Below are positions 1-11,018 of a stretch of 64,000 bases of DNA, in pieces. The stretch spans positions 1-64,000 of the IMG/VR virus record IMGVR_UViG_3300028364_000014; one strand, written 5' to 3'. The first letter of the stretch is position 1, and each line of letters begins with the position of its first letter. The translations under genes were made by a program, and so were the position numbers. The notes beneath the pieces are model-generated. The model searched no databases. It saw only the letters and a list, made by a program, of their open reading frames with translations, and had not been told where the DNA came from.

Positions 1-3000
1 AGGACCAGACATAGATGCTTTACCTTTAAGCTGGCTTGCTCGATACTTTTGTCCAAAGTCTGAATCCTTTAAATTATTCAAACCTCCAGTCAACTCTTGT
101 ACAATCTTTTGGGCTTCCTCTATTTTAGCGGTCATTTTATCAGAAAACTGTCCGCCACCACCAGTTGTAGCAGCCATACCTCTACCAGCACCTAACATTA
201 CTCCGGCATTATCTGCGATAGAATGAATATGTACAGGAACTACTTTTCCTGAATCATAAGTTAAAGGTCCTCCTCCTGTAAATGAGGGAATTCCTGTGCT
301 TCCACTACCCGTAGAGGCCATCCCTCCTCCTCCACCTACAGAAGTAGCACCAGTACCCATGCTTGGCGGAATGTTAGAAAGATTATATTGACTCCCCTCT
401 TTTAAACGGGATCTGGATTGTTTATACTTTTCTTCAAGGCTTAAATCTGATTTTTCAAATAAAGACCCCAAAAAATCACCCTCTTTAGCCTTAGTAGCAG
501 CAGCTTTAGTAAGCCTATCTAATTGTTCTAACAAAGCTAATTTTTTACGAATTTTGTCATTTTCTACATTAGTCTTCTCTTCATCATTAGGGTCTACCTG
601 ACTACGAACAAAAACCGCAGCATCGTCTGCGTACTTATCTTCTAATTGAATTTGGTCTGCCTTATCCATAACAGGCATTCCTACTGTACGATTTAATTGT
701 TCTAGTGCTTTATAAGCCTCATTAATTGGTTGATCCATGATATCTTTTACAAATGGTAGATGGTTATCTTGGGCTATTCTATTCATTGGAGCGATCTCTA
801 GAATATCTTTATTACCTTCTAACTGAGCATTTATACTCGCAATTTTTTTCTGGTCATTAAAAAGATTTTCTACAGTGGATTGCCCTAACAAAGCGTAACT
901 ACCTAAATCATCTTTCCCATAAGAACTAAGATCACCGAAAGAATCTTTTAAGTTTTTTGCTACAGCCCGAGCTTCTTTAAACTTCTTCTCAAAAACCTTA
1001 CGTTCGTCACTATCTCGTAATTTAAAATTCTTCAGTTCTGGTGCAGCCACATCATCGTATTTCTTATTATATCTAGTACGCTGGGAATAAGGACTAGCTG
1101 CAGAAGTCCTTAAATGATACAAAGGTGTAAGATGCTCTTCAGCCGTATTCTTTATATCTATGCCTTTTGATCTCATTTGATCCCCTATTAAATTTTCAGC
1201 ATACTCTCTAGGCTTCTTAGTACCTAATTTAATATTTCGTTTAGTAGGAGACATCTTGGCAAGATCCCGTTCCACACCCTCTATAGCAGCTTCTTGAATT
1301 TGTCTGCTTAATTCCTCTAAAAAACTATTAAAACCTAAAGCTTCAGTGATATAAGCCTTTAATGCGGAACGATCTAACTTACCTTCAACTTTGTCTTGTG
1401 CTAAAGAGGTGGCTTTAAATTTATCCCCTCCGCCTTGAGCTATCTTCAATGCATCATCAAATAAGTCACTAGTAGACATCCCGCCTAATCTTATACTAGT
1501 AGCTTTTTTCTGAGCATCAGAAAAATCCTTCAAATCACCATAGGATTTATTAGTCTCGATATTACTCTGTAGCTCAGCTACACCTTTAGGTCCTTTAGAT
1601 AATGACCCAACTATCTCACTGGCAATAGGAGTCTCACCAGCATGCTTAACATCCATGCCCTTCTGGATACCAACCCTCACTAGTTCGTTAACCATAGTAT
1701 TTAATTCATTACCCATACCTTTACCAAGCGACTTAAGGTCCATTGGGAATCTTTTCTGTAACTCGACAGAAGGACTAAAATCTGCTGTATCACTAATCTC
1801 TCCCTTGCCAAAACCTAGATTACTTTCAAATATCTTCAGTACTCTATTTAATCCCTCAGTATCTTGTCCAGTATTAATTTTATATAATTGAGCATTTACA
1901 GTATTAGCATGCTTAGCTTCGTATAATTCGTCTCTCACACCTAAATCAATAGATTTACCTACACCTTCTGGTAAGGTAGCTAGAGCCGCCCTAAGCATCT
2001 CAATGTTAATGCCTTTATCATCACCAAGTTTAACACTGTCCAAGGTCTTTACAACACTATCTATAGTTTTGTCATCTCTAAAAATATTTCTTGCTACATT
2101 TTCTAATACTTGTGCTGGTTCAGGGGTAACTCCGGTAGAGTTCGGTATATTAGAAAGAATATCCAACCGTTTTGATTTATCTAAATACTCTAGATCTTCG
2201 GTGAGAAAAGGGCTCTCTAAAAATTTAAAACCTTCTTGTTCTGGAAACTTCTTATTAAACTTCATCTGCTGCTCAGCAAATAAAAATTCACCTGTGGATT
2301 TTTCACCAGTAGTAGCACCGTAAGTAAATGAATCTCTAAACACTTGAGCAGTGGAATTCACATCTTTATCAAACGTGGTTATTTTTTTATAATGTTTTGC
2401 AATGTCTTGTCTAGCCGCCATTGTTTGAGCTGAATGAACTTCTATCTGATCACCGTCAAAATCAAGTTTTTGTTGGTGCGCTATATATTTAGGAATCACA
2501 TCAGATACGGCTTTATTTAATTGATTTATAGTACCAGTTAATTTTTTAATTTTATCAAGGTCTGGGTCTTCCTTATCCCATTCCTCTTCTCTTTTAGCAC
2601 TTAACCCTGTTATTACATCCTCTACTTTATTTTTAGCTTCAGCAAAACCACCTAGATCCATCTCTGGAACACCAGGAGCCATCAGAGTATGTTTAGCTAG
2701 AAATCTACCGCCCCCATCTTTACTCTCTTCTTTTAATAACTTAGCTTCATAGGGCTGAACTGAAGAAGTTCCAGTAAAAGGATAACGAACACTCTCTATA
2801 TAAGGAGTTAGTTCGTTTTTTAATTGGTCTCTAACATCCATCTTATTGACTTCATCCATACCAGAGGGATTACCTGTTTCTAATAATTCCCTATACTCCA
2901 ATAACTCTTTTAAAGTCTCCCCTTGAGTTTGCTTAACCCTTTTTAAATCCCCAGTATTATCTTGAGCGTACCTACGTTTAAACCTAGCTGGTAATTTTTT

Positions 3001-6000
3001 AGCATAATCCTCTGACACACCAAGTTCATGCTGTTTTAAGGTTACAAAACCTTTATCCTTTTGATTCTTAATTATCTCAGAATGACCTTTTGATACACCC
3101 TTAATTTTATTAGCGGCTTCTTGTAAAGATTTTATTTCTTCAGTACCAAGATCAGAGTCTTTTGACACACTTTCAAGAGCTTTAGCAAAAGCATTTAAGT
3201 CATCAGTCTTATCCACCATCGCCGTAGTGGCTTTAGCCATAATAGCTGGAATCTTACGTGTAAAAAAAGCTTCTTGTACAGAACCAGTTTTCCCTAAAAC
3301 AGTTTGAGCAAGCGTGTGATAATATTCTATTTTTGCTCTATCTAAACTATCCACAGCCTGCTGTAATCGATCTTCCTTAGTGGCAGGAGTAACCTTCAAC
3401 CCCTTTGCTAATTTATTAAGGTCTTGAACCCCAGATCTAAAACTCTCATCTATCATAGAGTCAACGTCATAACGTCCTTGATGTTTTAATGGAGAAGACT
3501 CACGTTTACTAGGATCTAACCCTATTATTTGATCAACAGCAGCATTAATAGTCTCAGAATAAGCTTGAGGTTCTTTTTGACCACGTTCCTTTTGTTTTGT
3601 GTAAAGCTGTCCCATAACGTAATCTTTTTTAGTTCCACCTCCCCTATTAAATGCCTGATCTACCTGACTATCCCCCATTACATCAGTCAAGCCGCGTAAT
3701 GTCGCCTCTAAACTAGATTGATCTTGCGGATCTAAAAAATCTTTATATTGTATTTTACCTTGCTCATTTCTACCTTTACCATCTACAGAAACTACACGAT
3801 CTACCTCTTCACGCAGCTCCTGCATATGTTTTATAATCCTACCCTTTGTATCAGATTTATTGGTACTACCGTCATCACTTATCTCGGCACCATTAATAAT
3901 ATCTTCAAGATGTTTTGCAGAGTTAATTACCTGAGTTAGTCTTCTGGATACCCCATCCAAGCCCCGTTCTCCAGCTAGTAAAGGTTCTGGATAAGTAGTC
4001 CTTGCTAAAGCCCCCGGCACATAAAAAGACTCTTTTTTACTTATATCCCTTGTATCTGGAATAGAAACATCCATGGCCCCTGGAAACTTGGCTGTATCTA
4101 ATACAGTACTAACTAAACTCCGTTCCGGATCTAAATCTTTACCAAAACCACCAGTAGACCCGTAAAAAGAATGTAACTCATCTAAACCTACCTTCTGAGC
4201 TGAACCTAACAAACTTTGTTTTAATTCAGGAGAGTCTGTATTTAAAACCTGTAACCCTTTTAAATACTCCCAGTGCTTTCTTGCGTCTAAAGGAATCTCA
4301 CCAGAAACTCCTTGCATCATTGCAGAATCTTTACCAAATATGGTAGAGTAGGCACCATAAGCCGGTATATTTAGTTTCTCACCTTTAACTTGATTCTCTA
4401 TGTCAGACTTGCTCCACGCTGGATTAGCACTTGGATCTTCAACTATCTCTACAAACTTAGGACCAACAAAACCTTTCCTAGCTTTACCAAACTCATCTAT
4501 AATACGTGAGTAATAACTACTTTTAGCTTCTAAAGCTGCAGCTGCGTTTGCTTCTGTAACCGCTTTATCTCGTTTAGATAAAGACTCGGTTTCATCTTCT
4601 GAAAGTACGCCCCCCTTAGTCTTTTTATCTCTAAGTCCCTTTGCCTCAGTACCAGATATCAAACCCCTACTGACTGTCATATCCTTTAACAAAGAATCAC
4701 GTATGGACCCTTGTGACTTTCCAGTGCCTGAAAAACCCAAAACTTTACTATATTCACCTAGACTAGGAAATAACTCTTTACCTTCTTCCATAGTACCAAG
4801 CATGCTTTTATAAGTATTAGTATCAAACTTAGTATTTAATGTTGTAGACCCTTGCCAGCCAGATCCAATTACGTTATTCATCATCATCTCAAGGCTTTCT
4901 GTTTGAAGACCACGTTTACCAGCATTACTAGAGTTAATTCTAATATCTATAGGTTTTTCTTCAAACTGTTTAGCTCCTTCTACTTCCTTACGATGTAACA
5001 TTTTTACACCAGCTATACCAGATAAACCTTGTTCTAACGAACCCCCAAAAGAATTAACCATTTTCTTGGCATCCTCAAAAAGATCCGATTGTACCATTGC
5101 ATCTTTTTCAGAAACCACCCCTGCTGATTTATCAGTAAACATACTCATCATAAATTTACTACCACTAGCTTTTAACTGATCCTTTAATAAATCAACGTCC
5201 TTACCTGTGTACTTGGTCCCTGTTTCAGAGTCCGGGTCACTTCTTAGAATAACTGCTCTATTTTTTTGTATAACCTCAGAAAGTAACGAACCCATACTTT
5301 TTGGAAGAATAGCAGTACCTAATCCTGCTTTTTCTCTCTCAGAATCACTTAGTACTTTTATATTTTTAGTCTTATAGGCGGCTTCTAATACAGACGAATC
5401 TTTAAACCCTTTAGAAGGAGATACAGCCACTCCCTTCATACCATACCTGGTAGTAAATTTTCTACCATAGTAGTTAAAAAAGGTTTCAGCTATCTTAGCG
5501 GTCTGTACGTTTATATCCTGTCCCCTAGCTACGGTAACAGCCTTCTGTATATCTGTTATTAGTGTTTTATCAGCCCTACCTCTATACTTTTGTGGCACAC
5601 CTAGTACATTTTGAAATACTCTATTAAGTTCATCTATTTGCGCTAACGGATCTGTATCAGTAAGTACATTACCCTGCCCTTTCTTTCCGCCTTCCCCTTT
5701 AATTCTAGATCTAATATCTTCCACACTGATTGCATTACTCGGTAGATCTCGTAAATTACCTTCACTTGTTATTAAATCCAATCTACCTAAAGCGTCAGGC
5801 TGCACGATTGTTTTAGTAACACTGGTAAGTACTTCTGCTAATTTACCTGAAATAACCATCTGGTCTTCAAATGTATTTGCAGTACTTCTTAACTCAGCTA
5901 TTACATTGAAACCATAACCTTGATCCCCGTACCTGCCGCCAGCAATCTGCTCGTTCTCCCTAGTAGACCTTAATCCTGGAAACTCAGTACCAGGCACACC

Positions 6001-9000
6001 TTTTTGTCTGTAAGCCATAGCATTAGTAGTACTGGCAATATTTCTGCCTGCCTGCTGAAATTGTTGTCCAAAAGGTGACATCTCAGGTAAAACATCAGAG
6101 TGCATTTTCAAATTAGTAGCCTTTAAACTACTAAGATATTTACTGTCTTCCTTAAAAGATGATCTGTATTCATCTAACGTAGAGGCGGAAGACTCAGGAA
6201 CACCAAGGGTAGATAAAGTTGTAACATCTTGTGGTATATTTCTAGCATACTCAGTAGTAGATAATACCTTAGATTCATTCATATAGTTTTTTAATACCAT
6301 ATTTAAATCACGTATATAACTTTTAGATTGATCAGGATCTAACCCAGCTGCACCTTTCTCATAAACCGGCGAGGTCATAGTCATCATATTGACTATTTTT
6401 TCTTGATGTGCATATCTTCTTGGTCTAGAGGGGTCTGCTATAGGTATTGTACCCACTAGCTTACTTAGATAAGACTCATACTCGCGAACTGTTTTATCAT
6501 GATTTGGATTTTTTGTAAGTTTATCAATTGGAGACTCTCCTGGAGCGTAATTGGATAGTACTTTTTCAAATACTTGGTATATATTTTTAAAATCAACTGT
6601 TTCCATACGTTTAACCACATCAAGAGCAGACACTCCAGCACCATCCATAGCTTGTATGAATTGCCCTACTGAAATTGAACCATCCTTTAAACTTTCACCC
6701 ATTTGATCTATATTTCTAATAGCTTCTACTTTAAATGTTTCAGGGTCACCTTGCTCCGTACGTGCTAACTCCGCTGATCTAACAATAGCCCCTTTTTTAT
6801 ATGTGCTCACTAATCTACCTTTATTTGCGTCACTTGCAGAAGCGAGATCTGTAAGCATCTCCTGAGCTAGTTTATTAGACTCAACATACTCTTTTCTATC
6901 AGGGCGTATACCTGCTTTTTGTATTCTTTCAGTGTACTTTTCTGGCATATTAGTACCAAAACTTTTAAGCTGATTAAATAGATTTTCAAAACCAGTTTTA
7001 TATTCGGCAAATTTAGGTATAACTCGTTGACTACCAGTAGATGTTTCAAATATTTGAGCACCTGTCTCAGTAAGACGTGCTGCGGGTACAGCTAAAGTCC
7101 TGGTAAGAGCACTCCTACTTTTACTACCTTTTGACGATCCAGCTACTCCAATATTAAGCCGTTTATTGGCTTCCATCTCCCCTAAAGTTTCCTGGTAAAT
7201 ACTCTCTAACTTACCAATATTCATACTATTAAGCATATCACTCATTTTTTTAGGAACGCCTGGACCAGCTTCATTAGTTTTATTTTTAATTCTAACTAAA
7301 TTTTCAGCAGAGTCTGGTTGAGAAAACTTCCAAGACTTTATATCATCAGTGGGTACACGCTTTAACCAAGTACCTACGGATTCACCAAGATTACTCCTAT
7401 TCTTATTTAAAAGGTCATTCTTAACTGTATCTTTAAATAAGCTTTTAAGTGCCTCAGGTGATTGAGTCCTATCAACAGGAGTAAAATCTTTATTATCCCG
7501 CCTCATTTTTTCAATTTCTTTAGCGATAGCCCCAACATCCGCAATTTGAAAAGTCCATTGTTTACCTGCTACTTTCTTATTAATACCAGAAGCAAGCTTA
7601 AAATATTCTGACGGATCTTGAGCGTCATCCCCCCTAAGAATTTTCCACTTTTGTGACTGAGTGATGACTTTAGTTTTTTTATCATAAGTTTGTTCAACAG
7701 GACCTCGCAATGCCAAGCCTTCTTCAACCTGCTTAATCATAAAATTCCTTAGATCCATTAAAGATTTAGCAGTAGTATTAACATTCTCTTTAATGATCTG
7801 TCTTGCTTTCTCTCCTGTATCAATACGGGTTTTAGGTGTGGGCAATTCATAATCTTTTCCTGGGGTAATTACATCTGATTTATACCCGTATAAAGTTTCT
7901 TTTGATGTTTTATACTTGTAGTCTGCAGGAGCCGATTTTTGACTAGTTTTAATATCCTTACCAAGTCTAAACTTCTCAGACTGCTCCCTCATACGCTGTC
8001 TTACTTCAATTTGTTTAAGTTTATCTTGCTCATTTGTACTTGGTAGTCTATTTTGAGAAGTAGAACCTGTAGTTCCAGAAAAAGGATTAGATGTTTGTTG
8101 GCTATTTATAGCGTCTGTTAAATCAGATAACTTGTCACCAAGAGAGGCTATTAACCTAGTAATATCACGAGGTAATATTTCCTTAGACAATAAGTTACCA
8201 GCAGTTTTAGTGTCTATACCACTAGTAATCACAGCTTTAAGTTTATTTGGGTCGTCTTTAGAAGCAGCAATCTGTGTTACTACTTTCATAATAGCGTCGT
8301 AAAGGCCCTGTGATGACTGGTTTTTAGGTTCAACGTAAAGATTAGATCTTAAAGTATCTTTAAGTACTGATAAAAACTGGTTAAGGTCAGAAAATATTTT
8401 TTCATCGGGCTTATTTCCTGTAGTACTTGAAGCGGATACTGCGACATTAAATTGTTGTTTAAAATCAGACTGTAGTTGAGTTATAAGTTTTTGAGAATCA
8501 GTAACTAGTTCAATATTAAACGGTGTAGAGTCAGCCTTCTTTCTAAGCTTTTCTAGATCACTTATTATAGTATTTTTAGACACAGAAGCAGTGAAATCGA
8601 CATTCTTACTCCTACCTAAGTCGTCTAAATCTTTTTTTGCACCTTTAAGACTTTTATCTGTAACTACAGATAAGGGAACCTCAATACCGGCTAATGACTT
8701 TATATCTTTAATAAAAGTAGCTACTTCTCCAGCACCTTCTACAACAAGTTCTAATTTAGCATTCCAATCTTTAACCTCTTTATTATTGGTAACACCTTTA
8801 GGTACTAATTCTTTAGGTATCATAGATACAGCGTCAGTTAACTTAACTAAATTCCCCTTTAAAGCATCAGCATCTATAGACCCAGAAGGACTACCCTTCA
8901 ATTCTTCTACTAGCTTAGTTAGCTGCTTCATAACAACAATAAAATCAGGAACACTCTCTAACTTTTTAGCTATAGCATCTAAAGATTTTCCCACCTCAGA

Positions 9001-9921
9001 CTCTTTTGCTTGAGGGATTTTGTTTATTACTTTAGATATTTCTGAAGTTATTACTTGAGCTAATTTTAAAGGATCTTCAGTGGCTTTTTTTACCACCGCA
9101 GTCTTCTTCTTAACAGCGGACGCCCTAAAACTTGTCACACTTTCTTTAAAAGCTGATGCCCCATCATTAAACTCTTTAGGAAGCTTCTTAACTTCACTAC
9201 GCACCAAAGTAATATCAGCAATTAACTCTTTAAAAGCAGTACCCATTTGAGCCATCAAACTTAAATACGTTTTAAACTCGGTTATATCAAAACCACCACC
9301 ACTTTTACGCTGCTCATTTACAGCCTTACCAGCAGAAGCTATTTTAGTAAAACTTGACTCTAATCTTTTTAAAATAGCAGAAATATCTTTGAGAGAAGCT
9401 ATCATATCAGTAGGCATAGCTGCTTTTAAATTAGAATTCAATGCATTCTCAATACCTTTAAAAACTGAGGGATCTATTGTTACTACACCCTTAGTGTTTT
9501 TAGATAACTCATCTGCAAAGTTTTTATATGCGATTTCTCTTTGCTTACTAGATATTTTCAATGCGGAAGCAACATCTACCAGGCCTGACTCTGGAGACTT
9601 TTGTACTTTAGCAGCTACATCTTTAACAGACTGCTTAGTGATGTCCACAACAAGGCGTTGTAACATATTGGCTAATTCAGTCTTGGTTACACCACCACTA
9701 TCTCCAGACGCATTACTAGTTATAACCTTACTAAGGATAGTAGGGAGTTCTTTTTTAATAGCAGATGCTACCGCATTAACGATACCGTCCTGCGTGCTTG
9801 ACATCCCCTTATTAAACTCAGTGTATAATTGCTTTAAGCTGGAATTTGGGGCTGACTGTTCATTTGCCCCTGAAGTGGTACCAGTAGATTTAATATTTAT
9901 ATTGACGTTTTTTTCGCCCAA
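1..9921 (-). CDS. Giant tape-measure-position protein containing a single-chain two-barrel (beta + beta-prime) RNA polymerase; 3' end beyond window
   Basis: TTG start at 9921 with GGAGG 7 nt upstream. The frame is consistent at every point checked down to position 1 (3307 codons); its absence from the ORF track fits an ORF running off the edge. In-frame motifs: ANTFEDQMVISG (~5845-5880), GRKFTTRYGMKGV (5428-5466), VLGKTGSVQEAFFTRK, SVRYPFTGTSSVQPYE (~2750-2793), LDFDGDQIEVH (DFDGD 2449-2463), IQKGMDVKHAG (1636-1668). Follows tail tube and chaperone genes. Confidence 0.85.
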   Translation of the reverse strand, partial: MGEKNVNINIKSTGTTSGANEQSAPNSSLKQLYTEFNKGMSSTQDGIVNAVASAIKKELPTILSKVITSNASGDSGGVTKTELANMLQRLVVDITKQSVKDVAAKVQKSPESGLVDVASALKISSKQREIAYKNFADELSKNTKGVVTIDPSVFKGIENALNSNLKAAMPTDMIASLKDISAILKRLESSFTKIASAGKAVNEQRKSGGGFDITEFKTYLSLMAQMGTAFKELIADITLVRSEVKKLPKEFNDGASAFKESVTSFRASAVKKKTAVVKKATEDPLKLAQVITSEISKVINKIPQAKESEVGKSLDAIAKKLESVPDFIVVMKQLTKLVEELKGSPSGSIDADALKGNLVKLTDAVSMIPKELVPKGVTNNKEVKDWNAKLELVVEGAGEVATFIKDIKSLAGIEVPLSVVTDKSLKGAKKDLDDLGRSKNVDFTASVSKNTIISDLEKLRKKADSTPFNIELVTDSQKLITQLQSDFKQQFNVAVSASSTTGNKPDEKIFSDLNQFLSVLKDTLRSNLYVEPKNQSSQGLYDAIMKVVTQIAASKDDPNKLKAVITSGIDTKTAGNLLSKEILPRDITRLIASLGDKLSDLTDAINSQQTSNPFSGTTGSTSQNRLPSTNEQDKLKQIEVRQRMREQSEKFRLGKDIKTSQKSAPADYKYKTSKETLYGYKSDVITPGKDYELPTPKTRIDTGEKARQIIKENVNTTAKSLMDLRNFMIKQVEEGLALRGPVEQTYDKKTKVITQSQKWKILRGDDAQDPSEYFKLASGINKKVAGKQWTFQIADVGAIAKEIEKMRRDNKDFTPVDRTQSPEALKSLFKDTVKNDLLNKNRSNLGESVGTWLKRVPTDDIKSWKFSQPDSAENLVRIKNKTNEAGPGVPKKMSDMLNSMNIGKLESIYQETLGEMEANKRLNIGVAGSSKGSKSRSALTRTLAVPAARLTETGAQIFETSTGSQRVIPKFAEYKTGFENLFNQLKSFGTNMPEKYTERIQKAGIRPDRKEYVESNKLAQEMLTDLASASDANKGRLVSTYKKGAIVRSAELARTEQGDPETFKVEAIRNIDQMGESLKDGSISVGQFIQAMDGAGVSALDVVKRMETVDFKNIYQVFEKVLSNYAPGESPIDKLTKNPNHDKTVREYESYLSKLVGTIPIADPSRPRRYAHQEKIVNMMTMTSPVYEKGAAGLDPDQSKSYIRDLNMVLKNYMNESKVLSTTEYARNIPQDVTTLSTLGVPESSASTLDEYRSSFKEDSKYLSSLKATNLKMHSDVLPEMSPFGQQFQQAGRNIASTTNAMAYRQKGVPGTEFPGLRSTRENEQIAGGRYGDQGYGFNVIAELRSTANTFEDQMVISGKLAEVLTSVTKTIVQPDALGRLDLITSEGNLRDLPSNAISVEDIRSRIKGEGGKKGQGNVLTDTDPLAQIDELNRVFQNVLGVPQKYRGRADKTLITDIQKAVTVARGQDINVQTAKIAETFFNYYGRKFTTRYGMKGVAVSPSKGFKDSSVLEAAYKTKNIKVLSDSEREKAGLGTAILPKSMGSLLSEVIQKNRAVILRSDPDSETGTKYTGKDVDLLKDQLKASGSKFMMSMFTDKSAGVVSEKDAMVQSDLFEDAKKMVNSFGGSLEQGLSGIAGVKMLHRKEVEGAKQFEEKPIDIRINSSNAGKRGLQTESLEMMMNNVIGSGWQGSTTLNTKFDTNTYKSMLGTMEEGKELFPSLGEYSKVLGFSGTGKSQGSIRDSLLKDMTVSRGLISGTEAKGLRDKKTKGGVLSEDETESLSKRDKAVTEANAAAALEAKSSYYSRIIDEFGKARKGFVGPKFVEIVEDPSANPAWSKSDIENQVKGEKLNIPAYGAYSTIFGKDSAMMQGVSGEIPLDARKHWEYLKGLQVLNTDSPELKQSLLGSAQKVGLDELHSFYGSTGGFGKDLDPERSLVSTVLDTAKFPGAMDVSIPDTRDISKKESFYVPGALARTTYPEPLLAGERGLDGVSRRLTQVINSAKHLEDIINGAEISDDGSTNKSDTKGRIIKHMQELREEVDRVVSVDGKGRNEQGKIQYKDFLDPQDQSSLEATLRGLTDVMGDSQVDQAFNRGGGTKKDYVMGQLYTKQKERGQKEPQAYSETINAAVDQIIGLDPSKRESSPLKHQGRYDVDSMIDESFRSGVQDLNKLAKGLKVTPATKEDRLQQAVDSLDRAKIEYYHTLAQTVLGKTGSVQEAFFTRKIPAIMAKATTAMVDKTDDLNAFAKALESVSKDSDLGTEEIKSLQEAANKIKGVSKGHSEIIKNQKDKGFVTLKQHELGVSEDYAKKLPARFKRRYAQDNTGDLKRVKQTQGETLKELLEYRELLETGNPSGMDEVNKMDVRDQLKNELTPYIESVRYPFTGTSSVQPYEAKLLKEESKDGGGRFLAKHTLMAPGVPEMDLGGFAEAKNKVEDVITGLSAKREEEWDKEDPDLDKIKKLTGTINQLNKAVSDVIPKYIAHQQKLDFDGDQIEVHSAQTMAARQDIAKHYKKITTFDKDVNSTAQVFRDSFTYGATTGEKSTGEFLFAEQQMKFNKKFPEQEGFKFLESPFLTEDLEYLDKSKRLDILSNIPNSTGVTPEPAQVLENVARNIFRDDKTIDSVVKTLDSVKLGDDKGINIEMLRAALATLPEGVGKSIDLGVRDELYEAKHANTVNAQLYKINTGQDTEGLNRVLKIFESNLGFGKGEISDTADFSPSVELQKRFPMDLKSLGKGMGNELNTMVNELVRVGIQKGMDVKHAGETPIASEIVGSLSKGPKGVAELQSNIETNKSYGDLKDFSDAQKKATSIRLGGMSTSDLFDDALKIAQGGGDKFKATSLAQDKVEGKLDRSALKAYITEALGFNSFLEELSRQIQEAAIEGVERDLAKMSPTKRNIKLGTKKPREYAENLIGDQMRSKGIDIKNTAEEHLTPLYHLRTSAASPYSQRTRYNKKYDDVAAPELKNFKLRDSDERKVFEKKFKEARAVAKNLKDSFGDLSSYGKDDLGSYALLGQSTVENLFNDQKKIASINAQLEGNKDILEIAPMNRIAQDNHLPFVKDIMDQPINEAYKALEQLNRTVGMPVMDKADQIQLEDKYADDAAVFVRSQVDPNDEEKTNVENDKIRKKLALLEQLDRLTKAAATKAKEGDFLGSLFEKSDLSLEEKYKQSRSRLKEGSQYNLSNIPPSMGTGATSVGGGGGMASTGSGSTGIPSFTGGGPLTYDSGKVVPVHIHSIADNAGVMLGAGRGMAATTGGGGQFSDKMTAKIEEAQKIVQELTGGLNNLKDSDFGQKYRASQLKGKASMSGP

Positions 9922-10001
9922 GATAGTGCCTCCAAAATTTAATTTATACGAAACTATGGTATAATTAAATACCCTTTAATTCTACACAAGTTACTTAATT
10001 C

Positions 10002-11006
10002 CTATCCGCGTTTCGTCCTTTTTTTCACGTCAGCTCTATCTTTTAATTTTTTTGCCTCTCTAGGTGTATCATACGTTATATCACGATACAGAGAGTTAGA
10101 AGCAGTAATAATAACCTCTTCTTGATCAAATGCAGATAACTTACCAGGTGTCTTATGTTTGCTTCGCCGTGAAGCGTCCTCGCGTGTCCTTTCCTCATAG
10201 AATGATTTCATATAAGCATCTAATGAATCATCATCCTCAATAACTAAGTCACTTGGTCGATCCTCTGGCATCATTTGATAAATACTATCGTAGTAATTAG
10301 ACCAATATGCTAAGCTTAACATATCAGTAGTGTAATCAGAAGAAGGTTTTCCGAACAACTTTTCTGAAACCTTTTGACTATTTACATACCTAATACGCCA
10401 TAAACTATGTCTAGCTATATAACGAATTATATTGGTAGGTATACCATAATAAAACCTTAAAAAAGTATTTAAAACTTCTTCTCTAAAAGATATATTTGTA
10501 GTCTCTTTAAAGTACTTTAATTTACTCCAGTATTTATTGTACCTATGGTCATAGGTACTATCCCAACATAAATATAAAGTACGTTCCTCATTAGCTCTAA
10601 CTTCAGCAGACATCATCATCCTAGAAGATTTTTTGCTAGATATTACAAACATTTCTTCTTTGATCTTTTGTATAATTTTCTTTATACGATCTTGATTAGC
10701 CCTAACTCTAGTAGTCTTCCCTAATAAAATTTTTTGGGCATCCAACTGTGACTCTAATTTAGATAATTTTTTTTCATCTTCAGCTGTAAAAATATTACGA
10801 TCTCTTATCAATTTCTCTAAGTCTATATCATTCAGGAGACCCTCATCGAGAGCCTCCTGATATGCCATTGTATAGATAGCATCTGCGTATAGTTTTACAT
10901 CATTAGTGGGATACTTAAAGATTATAAACTCTTTATTTATTTGAGTTATTAACTTACCAGAAGAAATTCTCACTAAGTATTGATCTACTTCAGCATCTGT
11001 TATCAT
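10002..11006 (-). CDS. Putative tail assembly chaperone (334 aa)
   Basis: ORF directly upstream of the tape-measure-position gene; helical and charged; call by synteny only. Confidence 0.45.
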   Translation of the reverse strand: MITDAEVDQYLVRISSGKLITQINKEFIIFKYPTNDVKLYADAIYTMAYQEALDEGLLNDIDLEKLIRDRNIFTAEDEKKLSKLESQLDAQKILLGKTTRVRANQDRIKKIIQKIKEEMFVISSKKSSRMMMSAEVRANEERTLYLCWDSTYDHRYNKYWSKLKYFKETTNISFREEVLNTFLRFYYGIPTNIIRYIARHSLWRIRYVNSQKVSEKLFGKPSSDYTTDMLSLAYWSNYYDSIYQMMPEDRPSDLVIEDDDSLDAYMKSFYEERTREDASRRSKHKTPGKLSAFDQEEVIITASNSLYRDITYDTPREAKKLKDRADVKKRTKRG

Positions 11007-11018
11007 TCTTTTGTGCCT

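Noticed and set aside
1655-9964. Plus-strand track ORFs (1655, 2003, 3748, 8591, 9389) and minus-strand 6867..7061
   Set aside because: Antisense or alternate-frame shadows of the giant minus-strand ORF; no RBS; Ser/Leu-rich composition typical of reverse-frame translation
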